Source of the DNA: Blasia pusilla
Lineage: Eukaryota
DNA length: 64,000 bases
Reading direction: 5' to 3'
Assembly (NCBI GenBank): GCA_050084515.1
Contig: CM114271.1
Coordinates: 43,896,001 to 43,960,000, forward strand
Positions 51,672-64,000 of the stretch are shown one piece after another. Position 1 is the first letter of the stretch; every line of letters starts with the position of its first letter. Both the position numbers and the translations under genes were made by a program. The notes under the pieces are model-generated. The model made no database searches. It saw only the letters and a program-made list of their open reading frames with translations, and was not told the DNA's origin.

Positions 51672-53489
51672 GAAGGAAAAAAAAACTAATCATTGACAGT
51701 ATCATTTGCAGTAGTAGTCCCTCGAGTTCTTATCCATTTTCTACCTTCTAGGTTCTAGGTAGGATTTGCTTCAAAGCCCGTGAGCTGGGTTACTCACACT
51801 ACGCGTTAGTTGATTTATCAAAACAGTATTGGGAAGCAGCTGTAGAACAACCTCACTTGTCAAAAAGTCGAGAGTATGAGGGCTACTCAAATCCTGTTCC
51901 GGTTCCAGGAACTCTTTCTTTTCATCTAAGTTTCAAACAAAAGAGGTCTGTAATTTAAGAACTATCACGTAAAACTGTGCAATGTCTTCTCAGCTGGGTA
52001 AGAGCTGTTCGAGCAGTGCTATTCTTTCCAACTTCGCAAGAGCCAGGAATGTTTATTCCTGATTGCAGTGTGATCTGTTGTTTCAGAATCGACACTAGTT
52101 TGACACCCTGCACAGATTATGAAATTGCCACCTCTGCCACACTCCACGAGAAGTGAGAAAGCATCTGAAAACAACAGATGATGTAAGAGGCCGGTTGCCC
52201 TGGAGAGAAGCAACGAGGGGAAAAGGGCTGCTGAAAGTTAATCCTCATAAAAGTTGCTCGACAACCTCATGAGAAAGGATGACAAGCGATTTATTTGGGA
52301 AGCCGTATGTAAATCTAGGGAATTTGTCTAATAGGAAATTTGATGCTTTCACACCTCATGTCCACTACATGCAAGATTGGCATGATTGGACATCCGGTAG
52401 TACATGGTTAGAAACATCTATATGACAATCCTCAAACCCTGGAAATCCCTAAGAGTTTGTCCCTTCTCTTTTTGCAATAATTACATCCCCTTCCCCCAAA
52501 TATGAGTATCAAAGGGATTTGGAGCTTGTTCTTTGATCTAAGTAGGACGCGGAATCTGGTATTGTCCCATGTCTACATCGTAAGATCTTGTGTTATTCCT
52601 TTACACATCACTTTTCTTATGTAATGAGGGAACCACACTGGTTTCTTAGTCACTAGAAGGCTTGGAACATTATGATCTGATGGAGAAAGGAAAAGGATTC
52701 ACAAGAATAGGATGAATTTTTTTTCTTCTTTTTGTTACCTATATTAATATTGTTGTAGAATACCACTCTCATTCGTTCACCACTTCCAATATTTGGCACG
52801 CTAGACTTGGGTAGGAAAAAAATGTGTTAAGGTCACACAAAATGTAATTGTATGACACTAGTTTATAATTGGCTATGGGTGGATCCTTTATTTGTCAAGA
52901 GCCTACTTGCCATAAGTTGTTTGGGTTGCAAGAAAATATTTCTCACAACAAGAAAATTGGCTTATGTGCAATTATTTGGGAGTGAGTAATACATGGAATT
53001 GAGTTATCATACTTTATAAAGTTCATGCTCTCTAGTGGTTGGCTAATAAAGGAAGGAGATACCACATATAGCATACAAATCTTCTCACATTTGTACTTTT
53101 AATTGGACATTATTTTTATATTGCTTGCTAGTATATTCTCGAAGCAAAAGATAATGCACTAGTAATTGAAGTACATTAGGTTGTGCAATCTAGTTGAGGG
53201 ATTACATATATGTATAGTAGCCAACATATTATTGGTGCATTAGATAGTGGATCCATTGTGTGCATGTCATGTTATGGAGTTTTTTATTGGATGGGTAGGA
53301 CCTAATACTGATTCTTATAATGTTGCCTCATGTTAGGATTGTGCAATTGACGATAAACATGACTTTGAGTGGCATCTTTAGAAGGTTTTCTTTATAATTC
53401 TTTAAATTACTTAGAACTTTTCTCATACTCTATTTTGTTTTACTAGTGGAAACTAAGCATTATGTAACCTTGCCATGTGGGCTCTATTG

Positions 53490-54130
53490 TTGAGCCATAC
53501 AATTTCAAAGTGATACATCAACTTGGGAGAGTGGACCATGATGCAGATGGGTTGAGTCATACCTCATGTCTGAGGTAACAAGATGTGATTGTGACTTGTT
53601 TGAATGGTTAGAGTGATGAAAAGATGTTGCATGAATGACTCACATCTAGCCTACTTGGGGTTTTTGACCATGGAGAGTCATGTAGCATCAACTCCAAGTC
53701 TCCAACATTGAGGTTAAATGGAGAATCCCTAAATATAGAAGTCGGTGAGGAGGGGACATATGGTCGAGATATCCAAACTGATGGGTCTTTTTTAGGAGTA
53801 CTCTCACAGCTTAGTTAGCCGACATGTAGAGTTCTACCGTGTTGACGACATAGAGGATCTTCAGCCGGTTTGGGTGTAACTTTGTTTTGAGGTGTTGTAT
53901 GAAGTGAACGACACGTCCATTGCGTCCTGAGCATCGTTTCTAATTAGTTCCCTTCTTAGCTATTTGTGGCCAGATCACCTGTTGACTGAGTCAATGGTCA
54001 TCCGGTAACCTATGCTTGAAGGTTACTGTGGGGAGGCTATTTTTGGGGGAGGAGCCTTTTGGGTCTTCCCAAGGCTATAAGAGAGGGAGAGATGGTTTTC
54101 TCAAGCCATATTTATCATGTTGAGCCTTTG
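53490..54130 (+). mobile_element. Gypsy RNase H-end fragment followed by an LTR-like repeat also seen at ~25527-25625
   Basis: YNFKVIHQLGRVDHDADGLS translation. tcaca.cttagtt...agcc.aca.gtagagttctacc..gttga...cata.agg...gggtgtaactt.gt.ttgag is shared between 53805-53898 and 25527-25622. Confidence 0.55.
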
Positions 54131-56034
54131 AAGCATCTATCTTGCTTCATATGTAGTAGGAACCATGAAGCTAGCGTTCCGATTTCCTCATAGCGGAGGG
54201 TGGATGTGGCTTGATATGCCAATGTAGTTGGCCATGTGAGCCATTTTTCCTCTGATTTTACATGAGAAAGATGCGAGGTGGCAAGGGGGAATTTTTTGTA
54301 TGTAGGTATTAAGGTTGCACATAGACAAAGCCATTGTCTGCGGACATGTCCATGTCCGCGGACTTACGTCTTTCCTGTGTACGAACATGTATGTGCGGGC
54401 TCGAGTACCCGGGGCCCGCTTGGATCCCATACCCTGGCCTGGGGGGCGTTTGGTGTGGGCTTCGAGCCCGCCTTGCGGGCCCTAGGAGTGGGCTCGAGGC
54501 CCGCCCTGAGCCGGAAAAAATTGGCCCGCTAGATCAAGATTTGGTCCAACGGACCAATTTTTGGAGGCCTTGAGTCCGCGCATACCCTGCCAAGGGGCCC
54601 ACAAGGCAGGCTCGAGACCTACATGGCGGGCTTGGTGCGAGCCTCAAGCCCCCCCAACCTGCGCCAGGCTCCGACCCCGTGCTGCAACCAGGGGTTGCGG
54701 GCCACGCAACGGGTGCAGGCTCTAGGTGAGCTTGGGTGCGGGCCGGGCATGTCTAGACTTGTCTGTTTCCATGCAACCATGGCAGGTAGGCAAGCAAGTT
54801 GCTTGGGTGGGTAGCCCTTGGAGACACCATGTTTGTGTTATTTTGTTAGTTTTTCATTCAAAAGATCATGTGTGGAAATGTTGCCTATTTTTCTTAGGTT
54901 TTGCTGGTACAAGATAACATAGGGCAGAAGTAGAGTGTAGCGGGAAACACGCTCAGGTCTAGCGCGCCAGTCTAGCGTCGAGAACAACGATGCATGTCGG
55001 TAAAAGGGAAGAGAAGTGCACATTGGGTCAAGAATTGCAACGGCCATGAGGGGGGGGGGGGGGTTGCTGGTTAGTTAGGTCGCGGCTAGGTTAGGGTTAG
55101 GTCACAAATGTACACGGTTGGGGCATAGACGGGCGGGTAGCCTCCGTAGGAGGCAACCGTTTAGGTCGTAGGAAACCAATGCATGCTCTACAAAGGGCAT
55201 AAAGGTCTCATAGGGCGGCACACCTTGGAGCCAAGCGCATAAGTGGAGTTAGGAGAGAGACAAAGTCACGGTAGATTCATCGGAACAGAGTGAATTGGAG
55301 CCGTGAGTTAAACAAGCTGATTGAGAGGGGTTGAGGTTAGGTGACTTCGATGGAGGATCGAGTGCCATAGGTAGGTGCGCATGACGTGAGTGTGTGATGG
55401 AAGGAAGCGGGCTCCATAGGGAGCCACGCTAAGGAATTCATGAGGTCTTGTATAGTTGGAGGGACGGGTTAGGTACAAGGAGGTACATGCGTACCTTTCT
55501 GGTATGTTGCACCCGTAGGGAGTCAAGGCACAATTCTTAATGGCTCTGGATGGGGAGTGCTTGATGGGGAAGAGGTAGCTTGGCATGAGGGTTGTTAGAG
55601 CTTGGGAGCAGTCAAGTGTTGTGAAGAGGTTGGAAGGGTAACCAACTTCGAGTGAAGCTAGGAAGGGTGGGAGAGAGCCACACTAGATTGCATAGGGCAT
55701 TGTGCGCGGGAGGAGTTAAGGAGGAGAAGGAAAATGGGTCAAGGGGCACAAAGGCAGGATGGGGATGAAGAAGAGGCGTGCACATTGATGTATGAAGGCG
55801 TGCATGGCCGTATTAAGTATAGGTGCATAGGGATAGGCCTACAAATTCCCCAAGTACTAGTGTAGGATTAGGATAGGTCCTAGATTTGTTAGATAAATTT
55901 GTCAGTCCATGGATGGGAAGAGTACGCATTCAGTCTGTTGACACTAGTGAGACTTGAGTCAGGTGTCAAAGGTATCCACCTCTAAACAATAACTTCGTAG
56001 ATCAAGAAGAGTCACACATCATGTTCATAGATTC

Positions 56035-57880
56035 ATGAATGAAAGATTCCTTATGACACATCATGTATATATGATGACTACCCTTAAAGAACAAGAGCCA
56101 AGTTTTTTAGAAGAAGTTGCAAGCAAGTTCAAATGGATTGAAGCCATGGAGGAAGAGCTTGCTGCATTAAGACATCAACAGACCTACGAGCTGGTTGATA
56201 TATTTTTCAGTAAGGAAGCTATTGGTTGCAAATGGGTTTACAAAGTCAAGCGCAATCAAGATGGTATAGAGAACACATACAAAGCCAAATTGGTAGCTAA
56301 GGGCTATGCACAACAATATATCATCGATTATGAGGAGACATTTAGCCTTGTTGCAAAGATGGCGACTACGAGAACAGTGGTTGCAGTTGCACAAAGTAAG
56401 AAGTGGGGATTACATCACATGGACGTGAAGAATACCTTCTTGAATTGAGTTCTATATTAGCAGGTATATATGACTCAACCATATGTATATAAGCGTCAAA
56501 AGTTTCGATTCCGCGTATGCAACTTAGAGAAATCTTTATACGGGCTCAAACAAGCTCCAAGAGCTTGGTATGGCAAGATTACATCATCTTACAAGAGTTG
56601 GGCTTTAGGGCATGTGATCCTGACTCCTCGTTATATGTCTTGAGAAGACAAGATCATACGGTTATGATTGTGTTGTATGTTGATGACCTCTTGATTATTA
56701 GGAGTATCGAGGATATATTACAACAAGTCAAGCTAAAATTATAAGCAAAATTTGATATGAAGGACTTGGAAAAACTCAAGTACTTCCTTGGTGTTCAGTT
56801 TATCAAGGTTGGACAGAGCATGTAGTTATTACAACAAAAATATGCTCTTCATATGCTGTCAAAATATGGTATGACGGCTTGTAAGTCAATCTCTACAACG
56901 ATTGACCAGAGTATGAAACTAACAATGGATGAAGGATAGTTGCTTGTAAATTCTAATATGTATAGGCGCATGGTTGGAAGTTTGATCTATCTAATTCTAA
57001 CCATGCCACATTTGACCTACGCAGTTGGTCTAGTGAGCCAATTTATGCAAGCACCTCAAAAATCTCATCTTGATGCTATAAGGAGGATAATGCGGTATGT
57101 GAATTCGAAATTATCAGTTCAATCTTGGCTTCAATTTCAACCTTCTCCGAGTTTACAATTACAAAGATTCACAGACTCTTATTGGGTAGGAAGCGTGTAT
57201 GATAGACACTTCACATCTGGTTATTCATTTACCTTGGGAAGCGCAGCTATAAGTTGGGCTTCAAAGAAGTAACCTATAGTTGCTTTATCTTCAATAGAAG
57301 ATGAATACAGAGGAGCAACCAATACACCAAGTGAGGCGGTATGGCTCCATGGATTACTTGTTGTGATTGGTGTTAGTAACTTAGGACCTAATGTAATTTA
57401 TGCATACAATATTAGTAGCATCAAGCTTGCTAATAACCATGTGTTTCATGCTCGAACAAAGCATGTTGAGTTGCACTATCATTTTATCAGAGAGAAAGTG
57501 CTTGTAGGAGAAATTGATCTTGTATATATACTTACAAATCAGCAAATTGATGATATCTTTAGAAACGATTTAGGTGTTAAAGATATCGATATGAGTTTGA
57601 CGGGGAGTATTGAAGATTGAGTTATAGTCAAGCTCATCGGACATCCAAACTGCTACATTTGGTACTCACACAAAGTAAAGAAGCTTAATCTTGCTTAGTC
57701 AATTAAGTACAATTATCTTAACTAGGGTTAGTTAATCATAATTAGTCTAACTCAAGACTATGGTTAGGATTAAGATTAGGGTTGCTTGTACGCATCCTAT
57801 ATAATTGAGAAGGGGAACACCTTCCATTCATTTTCTCATTGCAAAATTTTATTCTTCATGATGGTGTGCGAGCACAAGAG
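56035..57880 (+). mobile_element. Ty1/Copia remnant (RT, RNase H, PPT, probable 3' LTR)
   Basis: IGCKWVYKVK, YKAKLVAKGYAQ, DYEETF, MDVKNTFLN, LYVDDLLI, SGYSFTLGSAAISWASKK, FHARTKHVELHYHFIRE; PPT ttgacggggag ~57597-57608. Many stops and frameshifts. Confidence 0.92.
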
Positions 57881-57981
57881 TTGTATCCCATCAATTATGT
57901 TTATTTAGGAGTTTTCTACATTCTATACTTATTGAAGCTTAGAGAAATTGGAAATAAAATTTTTACTTAAATAAAACTGTA

Positions 57982-58110
57982 ATGAAAAAAATTTGTAGGT
58001 CATGTAATATAGGAACTATTGAGGATGAAGAACATGTGTTCCTTCAATATTTTAGATATGTAGAGATTGGCTTAGCTAATAAAATTAATATTTCAAATTT
58101 ATACTCTTTA
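57982..58110 (+). mobile_element. Possible non-LTR retrotransposon C-terminal Cys/His domain remnant
   Basis: KICRSCNIGTIEDEEHVFLQ..RY.EI resembles the CxxC...EDExH...C..Y motif at the ORF2 end of several LINE clades; short match only. Confidence 0.4.
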
Positions 58111-59819
58111 TTAGAGTCAGTGCCTTATGATTTAGGTTGTTATATAAAGGACATATGTAATAATTCATCACACCAATACTCTAAGCATTGGCTAAGATTG
58201 GGCCTTTACGTTCTTTTCCTTATTTGGTCTATTAGTTTGTGATGTGCTTTTAGTCTTTTGATCCTTTACTCCTATGAGTTTGATTTACTAAATTTTATTT
58301 ATCATTCACCATTTACTTTCAGAAATGAGCTTACCTTCATGATATCTGCCAATATTTTTTATGTTTGAGAATAGACATTATCAAAATTTATAAAGAGTAT
58401 GTGGGGTTTGTATGCACTTTAACTCAAGGGAAATTAATTGTGTGAGCAAAATGAAGCGTAAATGGGGGTTTAGTAGGGGTTTTGATTAAGGGAAAGTTAA
58501 TTTATAAGAAAAATACACAGAAAATAAGTAAAATTTTGAAAAACATGATAAAAAATACACGGGGGAGACTTATTATCTAAAGGAAAGTTTTTTGTCCATA
58601 AAAAAGGGGACATCATGAAACTCTCTAGAGCTAAAATTTGATCAAGTTTTTTTTTTAACTAAAGAAACATCTACCTCTATCCGGTAAAAATCAAAGTGAC
58701 AAAAAAAGACTATACGAGCCCTTCTTACAATAAGGCGCACTATCTTTAGAGTGCATGAGGTTTTTTCTTCATGAGTCCTTTTGTTAAAGGGATGTGATGA
58801 TAGGGTTTGGAAAGATCGGAGATCCTCTACGCAATCATGAACCATGTCACCTTCTTAACATTGATGAGACAATCGACCCAAACTTGGCAGTGGTCAGTGT
58901 AGGCTTCTATTATATGTTGTGTGGATTTGCTAGAGGTGTCACTACCATATATGTTGGGTACTCGATAGGATGACACATAACATATTTGACACAATATATC
59001 ATTATGGTTCCACAAGGATAATGGAAGTGTCCCAAATATGATGAACTTATGATTGGAAATTATAGATCTAGACTTGCTCAAGTGACATTGTTGATAGGAA
59101 GGCAATTAATGATGGGGCCATATGAGCACCAAGCTTTCTTGCTCTTAACATCAAAAAGGTATATGTGATGGTAGGAATAAATGTATGGATATCTAGAGTT
59201 AGATGGTCAACTTAAGCACCACCTAGGGGGGAAATTGGGGACCTTCTTGGTAAATGATCATATGTGTACAAACACCTCATTTCCTTGAACATTGCGTTGG
59301 AAAGCACTTCTAACAAAATGAATGCCATAACTTAAAATTGGTCAAAACTAGCACCCCATGCCATCTGTGGGGTTGGTTTTCATATAATTTGCCAAATTTT
59401 TCAATATTAAATGCCCCAAATATATGAAAAAAAAATTACTCAAATATTTCTTTTTTGGAAGGAGCATCTCTTCTCCATGGCATAGAGATGAAATTAGTGA
59501 TATGTATTCTAGTTTGAATTGCACGTGGAAAACTCAGGACAAACATGAAGAAATTTTGCAAAAGATGTTCACGAAAGTATCTACCTCGGCATAGGTCAAT
59601 TGGACATTATGGCAATCGAGAAAATTTGGGGACAATGCCGAAAGAAGGAAGGAAACCAAAGTAATTTCAAGTTTGGAAAGAAGGCATTGTAAAATACGAA
59701 AATATCCAGAAACGATTTGAGAAACGAGTGAAAATTTATGGAGAAATTTTGACCCACACATGAAAAGGTCCGATCCAAAGAAAATGAAGAGAAAATCGAA
59801 CAATTTTTTTTAAAAAAGC

Positions 59820-60600
59820 ATCTTACAAGCCACGCCTTGAGGAACTAACATTACCCAAATACGGTGTTACCCATGGTAGGGAGGACACCACCATATGTGG
59901 TTCATTCAATAGCGCCTACGAAATTGTAGGTAAACTAGTTTGCGTTGGTAAAGAGTAGGGCTTCACGGGTGGGCTTCGGGAAGCTACATCGCCCGTTAGA
60001 AGGTACGGGTCAGATGTCGGCACTATGGGACAACAACCAGCGAGTACATTGTTGACCGGTCCAGGCGATCTCCGTCACGGCGAAACCCAAGGTAGACCAA
60101 CCGGAGCCGAGAAGTATGTGGAGACGGGGACCACAAACGGTAACACCTGCCTCCATGGTGACATATGACTGCTCCCCATAAAGCACCCCATATTTTTTTT
60201 TGCTCAGAGCGGGAGGCGACGGAGTGAGTCGATTTCTCCCTCTTGGAGAGAAAATGAAATCTATATAGAGAAAATAGGATGGGAAACCCATCTGGAAACA
60301 AATGAGGGGGGGCATGGAGAGCCAAAAAAAACCTAAGGGGCCAAAACCGGCCCCGACAAGGGAGTGATCCGCCCTTGATTCGTAATGAATGCGACCGGGT
60401 AGCTATGGGTTGGAATGTGTAGAGTCTGCCAGTACGGTAGCAGACTTCCGTGGCGCCTTCATGGTCGAACGTTTCCGAGGGGATTTTCAAAGAGTTCAAA
60501 GACGAAAATGAGTGCTCACAGCTCATAAGGTGACAACTTCAACAACCGGTGAGAGTCGTGAGACGTGAGTCTCGAACGCTTAAGTGACTGGAATGACGGT
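59820..60600 (+). other. Group II intron-like structured segment, probable organellar (mitochondrial) insertion
   Basis: Dense hairpins (cctac..gtagg, gatgggaaacccatc, ggggcc..ggcccc, agtctgc..gcagact, gagacGTGAgtctc); ctatggga...gccgagaa motif order recalling the DI end and J2/3-DIII of group IIA introns; DV-like element 60551-60581. Confidence 0.45.
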
Positions 60601-62748
60601 TATGTGTACGACACGGATTCGCCTGCGAAGAACGAAGAAGGCTCGGTGTAGTAGTCAGATGTGTGTATATTCTTGAAACGTTTTAAGATCTGGAATGTCA
60701 TTTTACAGACGAAAAATGTGTACGACACGGATTCGTGTGCGGAGAACGATGTCACAAGCTAAAGCTTCCCCGTTCAAACTGGAGCAAGGCTCGGACAGTT
60801 TCTTCTGTCTTCCGTTTTTTACCGGATATATATATATAGTTTTTAAAAATGTGATCTATAGGTTTTCATAGGTCGCGTCCAGTTTTCTTTCAGTGTACAA
60901 AATTTCTGTCCACCGGATATAGGTCTTCGGGTTGGTTTTCCATATCTTTACTCACAAAGCCCTACTAAAACCCTTACTAACCTCTACTGATCCCATAACA
61001 AGCCCTCCTAATCTGTTTTAATCTCTTAAAATTTTATTTTATTTTTTTCCATCGATATAATTAGGGTTGGATGCTTTACGAGATTCTAACCTTTCTCTTT
61101 TCTGGCGGGTGACCCTAAACTCTGTAAACATAGATTTCAAATCGGTAAAACACGTTTGGGAACCGGTTCTGTCCGAACCTTGAACCGGAGAGTTTGTGTG
61201 AACATGCGGGTACGTGTGGTGATTGATACACAACTACAAGAGGCGGATAGGTCAGAGTTTATGCTCTTATAGGCATATCATGGGGTCCAATTGGGGCGAA
61301 TCCAGTTTATGGTCAGTATTTGTGATCCGCACAAGATGTTTGGTCACCGTAGGATGCTGCAACTGGTCAGCAGTGAGTGACTGAAAACAGGGGATAGGTC
61401 CTGAGCACCAATGGATTCTGATCCTTTCCAGCAGGATTGAGCGAAGGGTATTTCATGACTGTTGGTAGTTGAGTTCCGTGGTTTTCATCAACTGGCCAGA
61501 CGTTGCTACGTATCACTCTAAGGGATAGGTTTAAACCTGGCATATCCTGGATGGTTTGTATAGGTTTACAATTGGAGCAGGACTTGATGGCTTCGCAATC
61601 TTATTGTGGCGTACCGAATGTGTTTTATTAGTTTTTATCTACACTTAGCACCGCAGCTGTCAAGTGATCATTCTCTTACAGAAAGGTGAGAGAGGAACTA
61701 ATACTGGGAAAAAACTGTCAAGTAATTTGGAGCATCCGTGGGAAACACGATAGTTGGTGGACGCTTGTGTACCTTGGTCGTAGACCCTATCATCCTCGAG
61801 ACGATAGGTAATCTATAATATGTAAGCTCCTCTCCTCGTGTGGAGTTTTCAGATTTCGGTGTAGGCTTGGCTCGCCTCTTCGTATTTCAAATAATTCCTA
61901 TTAGTGTGTAATGCACTTATGTGAGGGACCGAAGGGGAAGGAAATGCTTGCTCTTGAGGAGGAGGAGGACTACGGAGGAAGATTATGGCGGACGTTTAGA
62001 ATTTTGTTTGTAACTATTTCCATGGTGATCCAATCTTCTCAATTTAAGGCCCAATCTGTTCATCTTCTCAAGCTTGAACTTTGGGTTCTTCTTTTTTCCA
62101 CTTAAGATTGAGATTTCTAAAGTTGTTGGGATCTTTGGACCTCCTTCTCTCCTAAATGTGCTCATAGATTCATATACGCAATTTCAAACATAGCACTCTC
62201 CTTATAGAGTGATACCGGGTTACCATCTGGATCTTTTGATACGGGCTCGGCCCAACATTACGAACTCATTCCCTCATAGCGGTCATTGGTGGGTGGCTCA
62301 CTTACTCCCCACATCCTCTTTTTCGGTGTTTCCAATTTCTTTCATAATTTTCTTCTCGAATGTCAGTTTTGGGCGTGTTTGGGCCTGTTTCGATCGTCTT
62401 GACGAGCTCGTTCTTTTGATATCAAGTAGGTTTTCTAATTTTTCTTCCTTCTTTGTAGACGCCTATTTTTGTGTACGGGTTTGTTTTAGGTCAATTCCTC
62501 CCAAAGTCTTCCTTGCTCTTTCAACTCCTTACCTTATTGTTTCGCCCCTACATACGTTTAGGACATTAGAAATTCATATTCTTAAGCCACCTCTTCCGAT
62601 ACCATATCCATCACTTTTCCTTTTCAATTACTTTTTATATTTTTCTTATAATAACTTTCAATCATAAATTCGGAATTGCCTAATCTTCATCTCTCCACTA
62701 CTTTTGCTTTGTTCGTTATCCTCATGATTTCTCCAAACCACGTTTTGT

Positions 62749-64000
62749 ATGTCTTTTCTTGTCTTCGGAGACTTTCCTACCTTTACTTCTATGTCATCAG
62801 AGATGGAGTTGGATTCTCCATCTACTCGCTTATCTGGTTTTACACGCCCTCCTACAGCCGTAACCTCTCCCCTTGGTTCACCTCCTCATCGTCGATCTTG
62901 CCATTTTCCTCCAGATGCTAATACACCCATTACACTCGCTACATTTCTTCCGGATTCTCCTCTTCTCCCTTCTTCGCCTTGTCTTATTGAGCCTAATCCT
63001 GATCCATTATTACCGAATCCTTCTACTTTGCCATCCCCACATATCTCATCTATGCCCTTGCTTCCAACTCCCATCTATTCTACCCGAATCTCCCCTCTTC
63101 CTCCTCCTCCTTCCCCAACCTATTTACCCCCTCATCGTCGGCCATCACCACCTCTTGCACCTCCCACCTCCTCTCCTTGTAACCCTTCTACTTCTCCATT
63201 TGTACCAAAGGTTCGTTGCATACCTTGTGGTAAGGACTTTGCTCCTAATGGGATCAAAAGACAACATGCATTTGTCGATCCATGCATGGGCCTTCAATCC
63301 CTAACCCGATACCAACTCCAACTGCACTCCCCACAACAACTTCTTGACCTGGTTAAGCCAAATTGATCTCCTTCGCTCTTTCCATCCAGGTCTTCCTCGT
63401 CCTAGACTCTACACTCGCATTCCTATTGCTCTTCGCCCCATCACCCAACAAGCTTTGCTATTCCCATTAGAAAGGTTAGCGCGTGACCCCACAAATATAT
63501 ATGCTTGGTATCTCCTATTACTCTTCCCACAATGGGTTTTAGTCCTCCCTCCAAGGGGGGGTGCAACGGGTCATCGTGAAACCTCCACACGTATTCAACG
63601 CTTTATGTCAGGGGATTGGGAGAATCTTCAGAATGAGCATGTACTTCGAGTTGAGGCCTTAGCTGCGGCTCATCCCACTCAACATGCCAATCATGGGAGG
63701 CCTTCAATACAACAACGCCTTCGACGAATTCTACTATTGGGGCAGATTGGTGAGTTTTCACGTGCAGCTCGAGCATTGGGTCCTCTTTCTCCGACGGTTC
63801 CAAGTGGGGAAACAGTGGCTCTCTTAGAAGCTCTTCATCCTCTTTCAAGTGGCGATGCTCCATCTTTTGTGGAAGACTATACAACAGACCTTGACTTGGA
63901 GCTTGACTTGGAGGTTTTCACAAGGGCTTTTCTGCATACTCCTCGCTGATCAACAAGCGGGCTATCAGGGATGGTTTTTGAGCATCTCCGCGATTGCTTT
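62749..64000 (+). mobile_element. 5' part of a CRE-clade-like non-LTR retrotransposon ORF (disrupted, truncated by window edge)
   Basis: Pro-rich N-terminus and zinc finger CIPCGKDFAPNGIKR.H; then RIQRFMSGDWENL, GEFSRAARAL...ETVALLEALHP, and PR*STSGLSGMVFEHLRDC (pre-RT motifs recalled from CRE/Cnl1-like elements). At least one frameshift and an in-frame TGA at 63947. Confidence 0.7.

Noticed and set aside
55069..55102. Telomere-like ggttag/ttaggg repeats (also isolated words near 61061 and 61112)
   Set aside because: Too few and irregular to call an interstitial telomere or a CRE target site.
60490..60510. Group I intron R-like motif gttcaaagacgaaa
   Set aside because: No matching S element (aagatatagtcc-like) was found; the group II-like interpretation fits better.

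Overview
This is eukaryotic nuclear DNA from a land plant, most plausibly a bryophyte-grade plant (inferred from gene content, GT-AG introns and TE types; species not identified). The ORF track is mostly noise because genes are spliced. Four intron-containing genes were reconstructed by hand: a plastid-type protein-kinase-fold gene with a degenerate catalytic loop (458-6571 +, 12 exons), TFIIE beta (11837-13432 +), an ATAD1/Msp1 AAA-ATPase (29477-32660 -) and IBA57/CAF17 (46724-51671 +). The intergenic space is TE debris: a complete but internally deleted chromovirus Gypsy with TSD/PBS/PPT (17264-22638), related solo and scrambled LTRs, other Gypsy and Copia remnants, Helitron termini, and the start of a CRE-clade-like non-LTR retrotransposon (62749 to the window end). 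The most unusual signals are two candidate poison micro-exons (one created by duplication of a splice acceptor), an old degenerate duplicate of the IBA57 5' region, and a hairpin-dense group II intron-like segment (probable organellar insertion) lying between diverged inverted repeats upstream of the CRE-like element. All alignments and folds were done by eye, and no prokaryote-type system (CRISPR, operon) is present.
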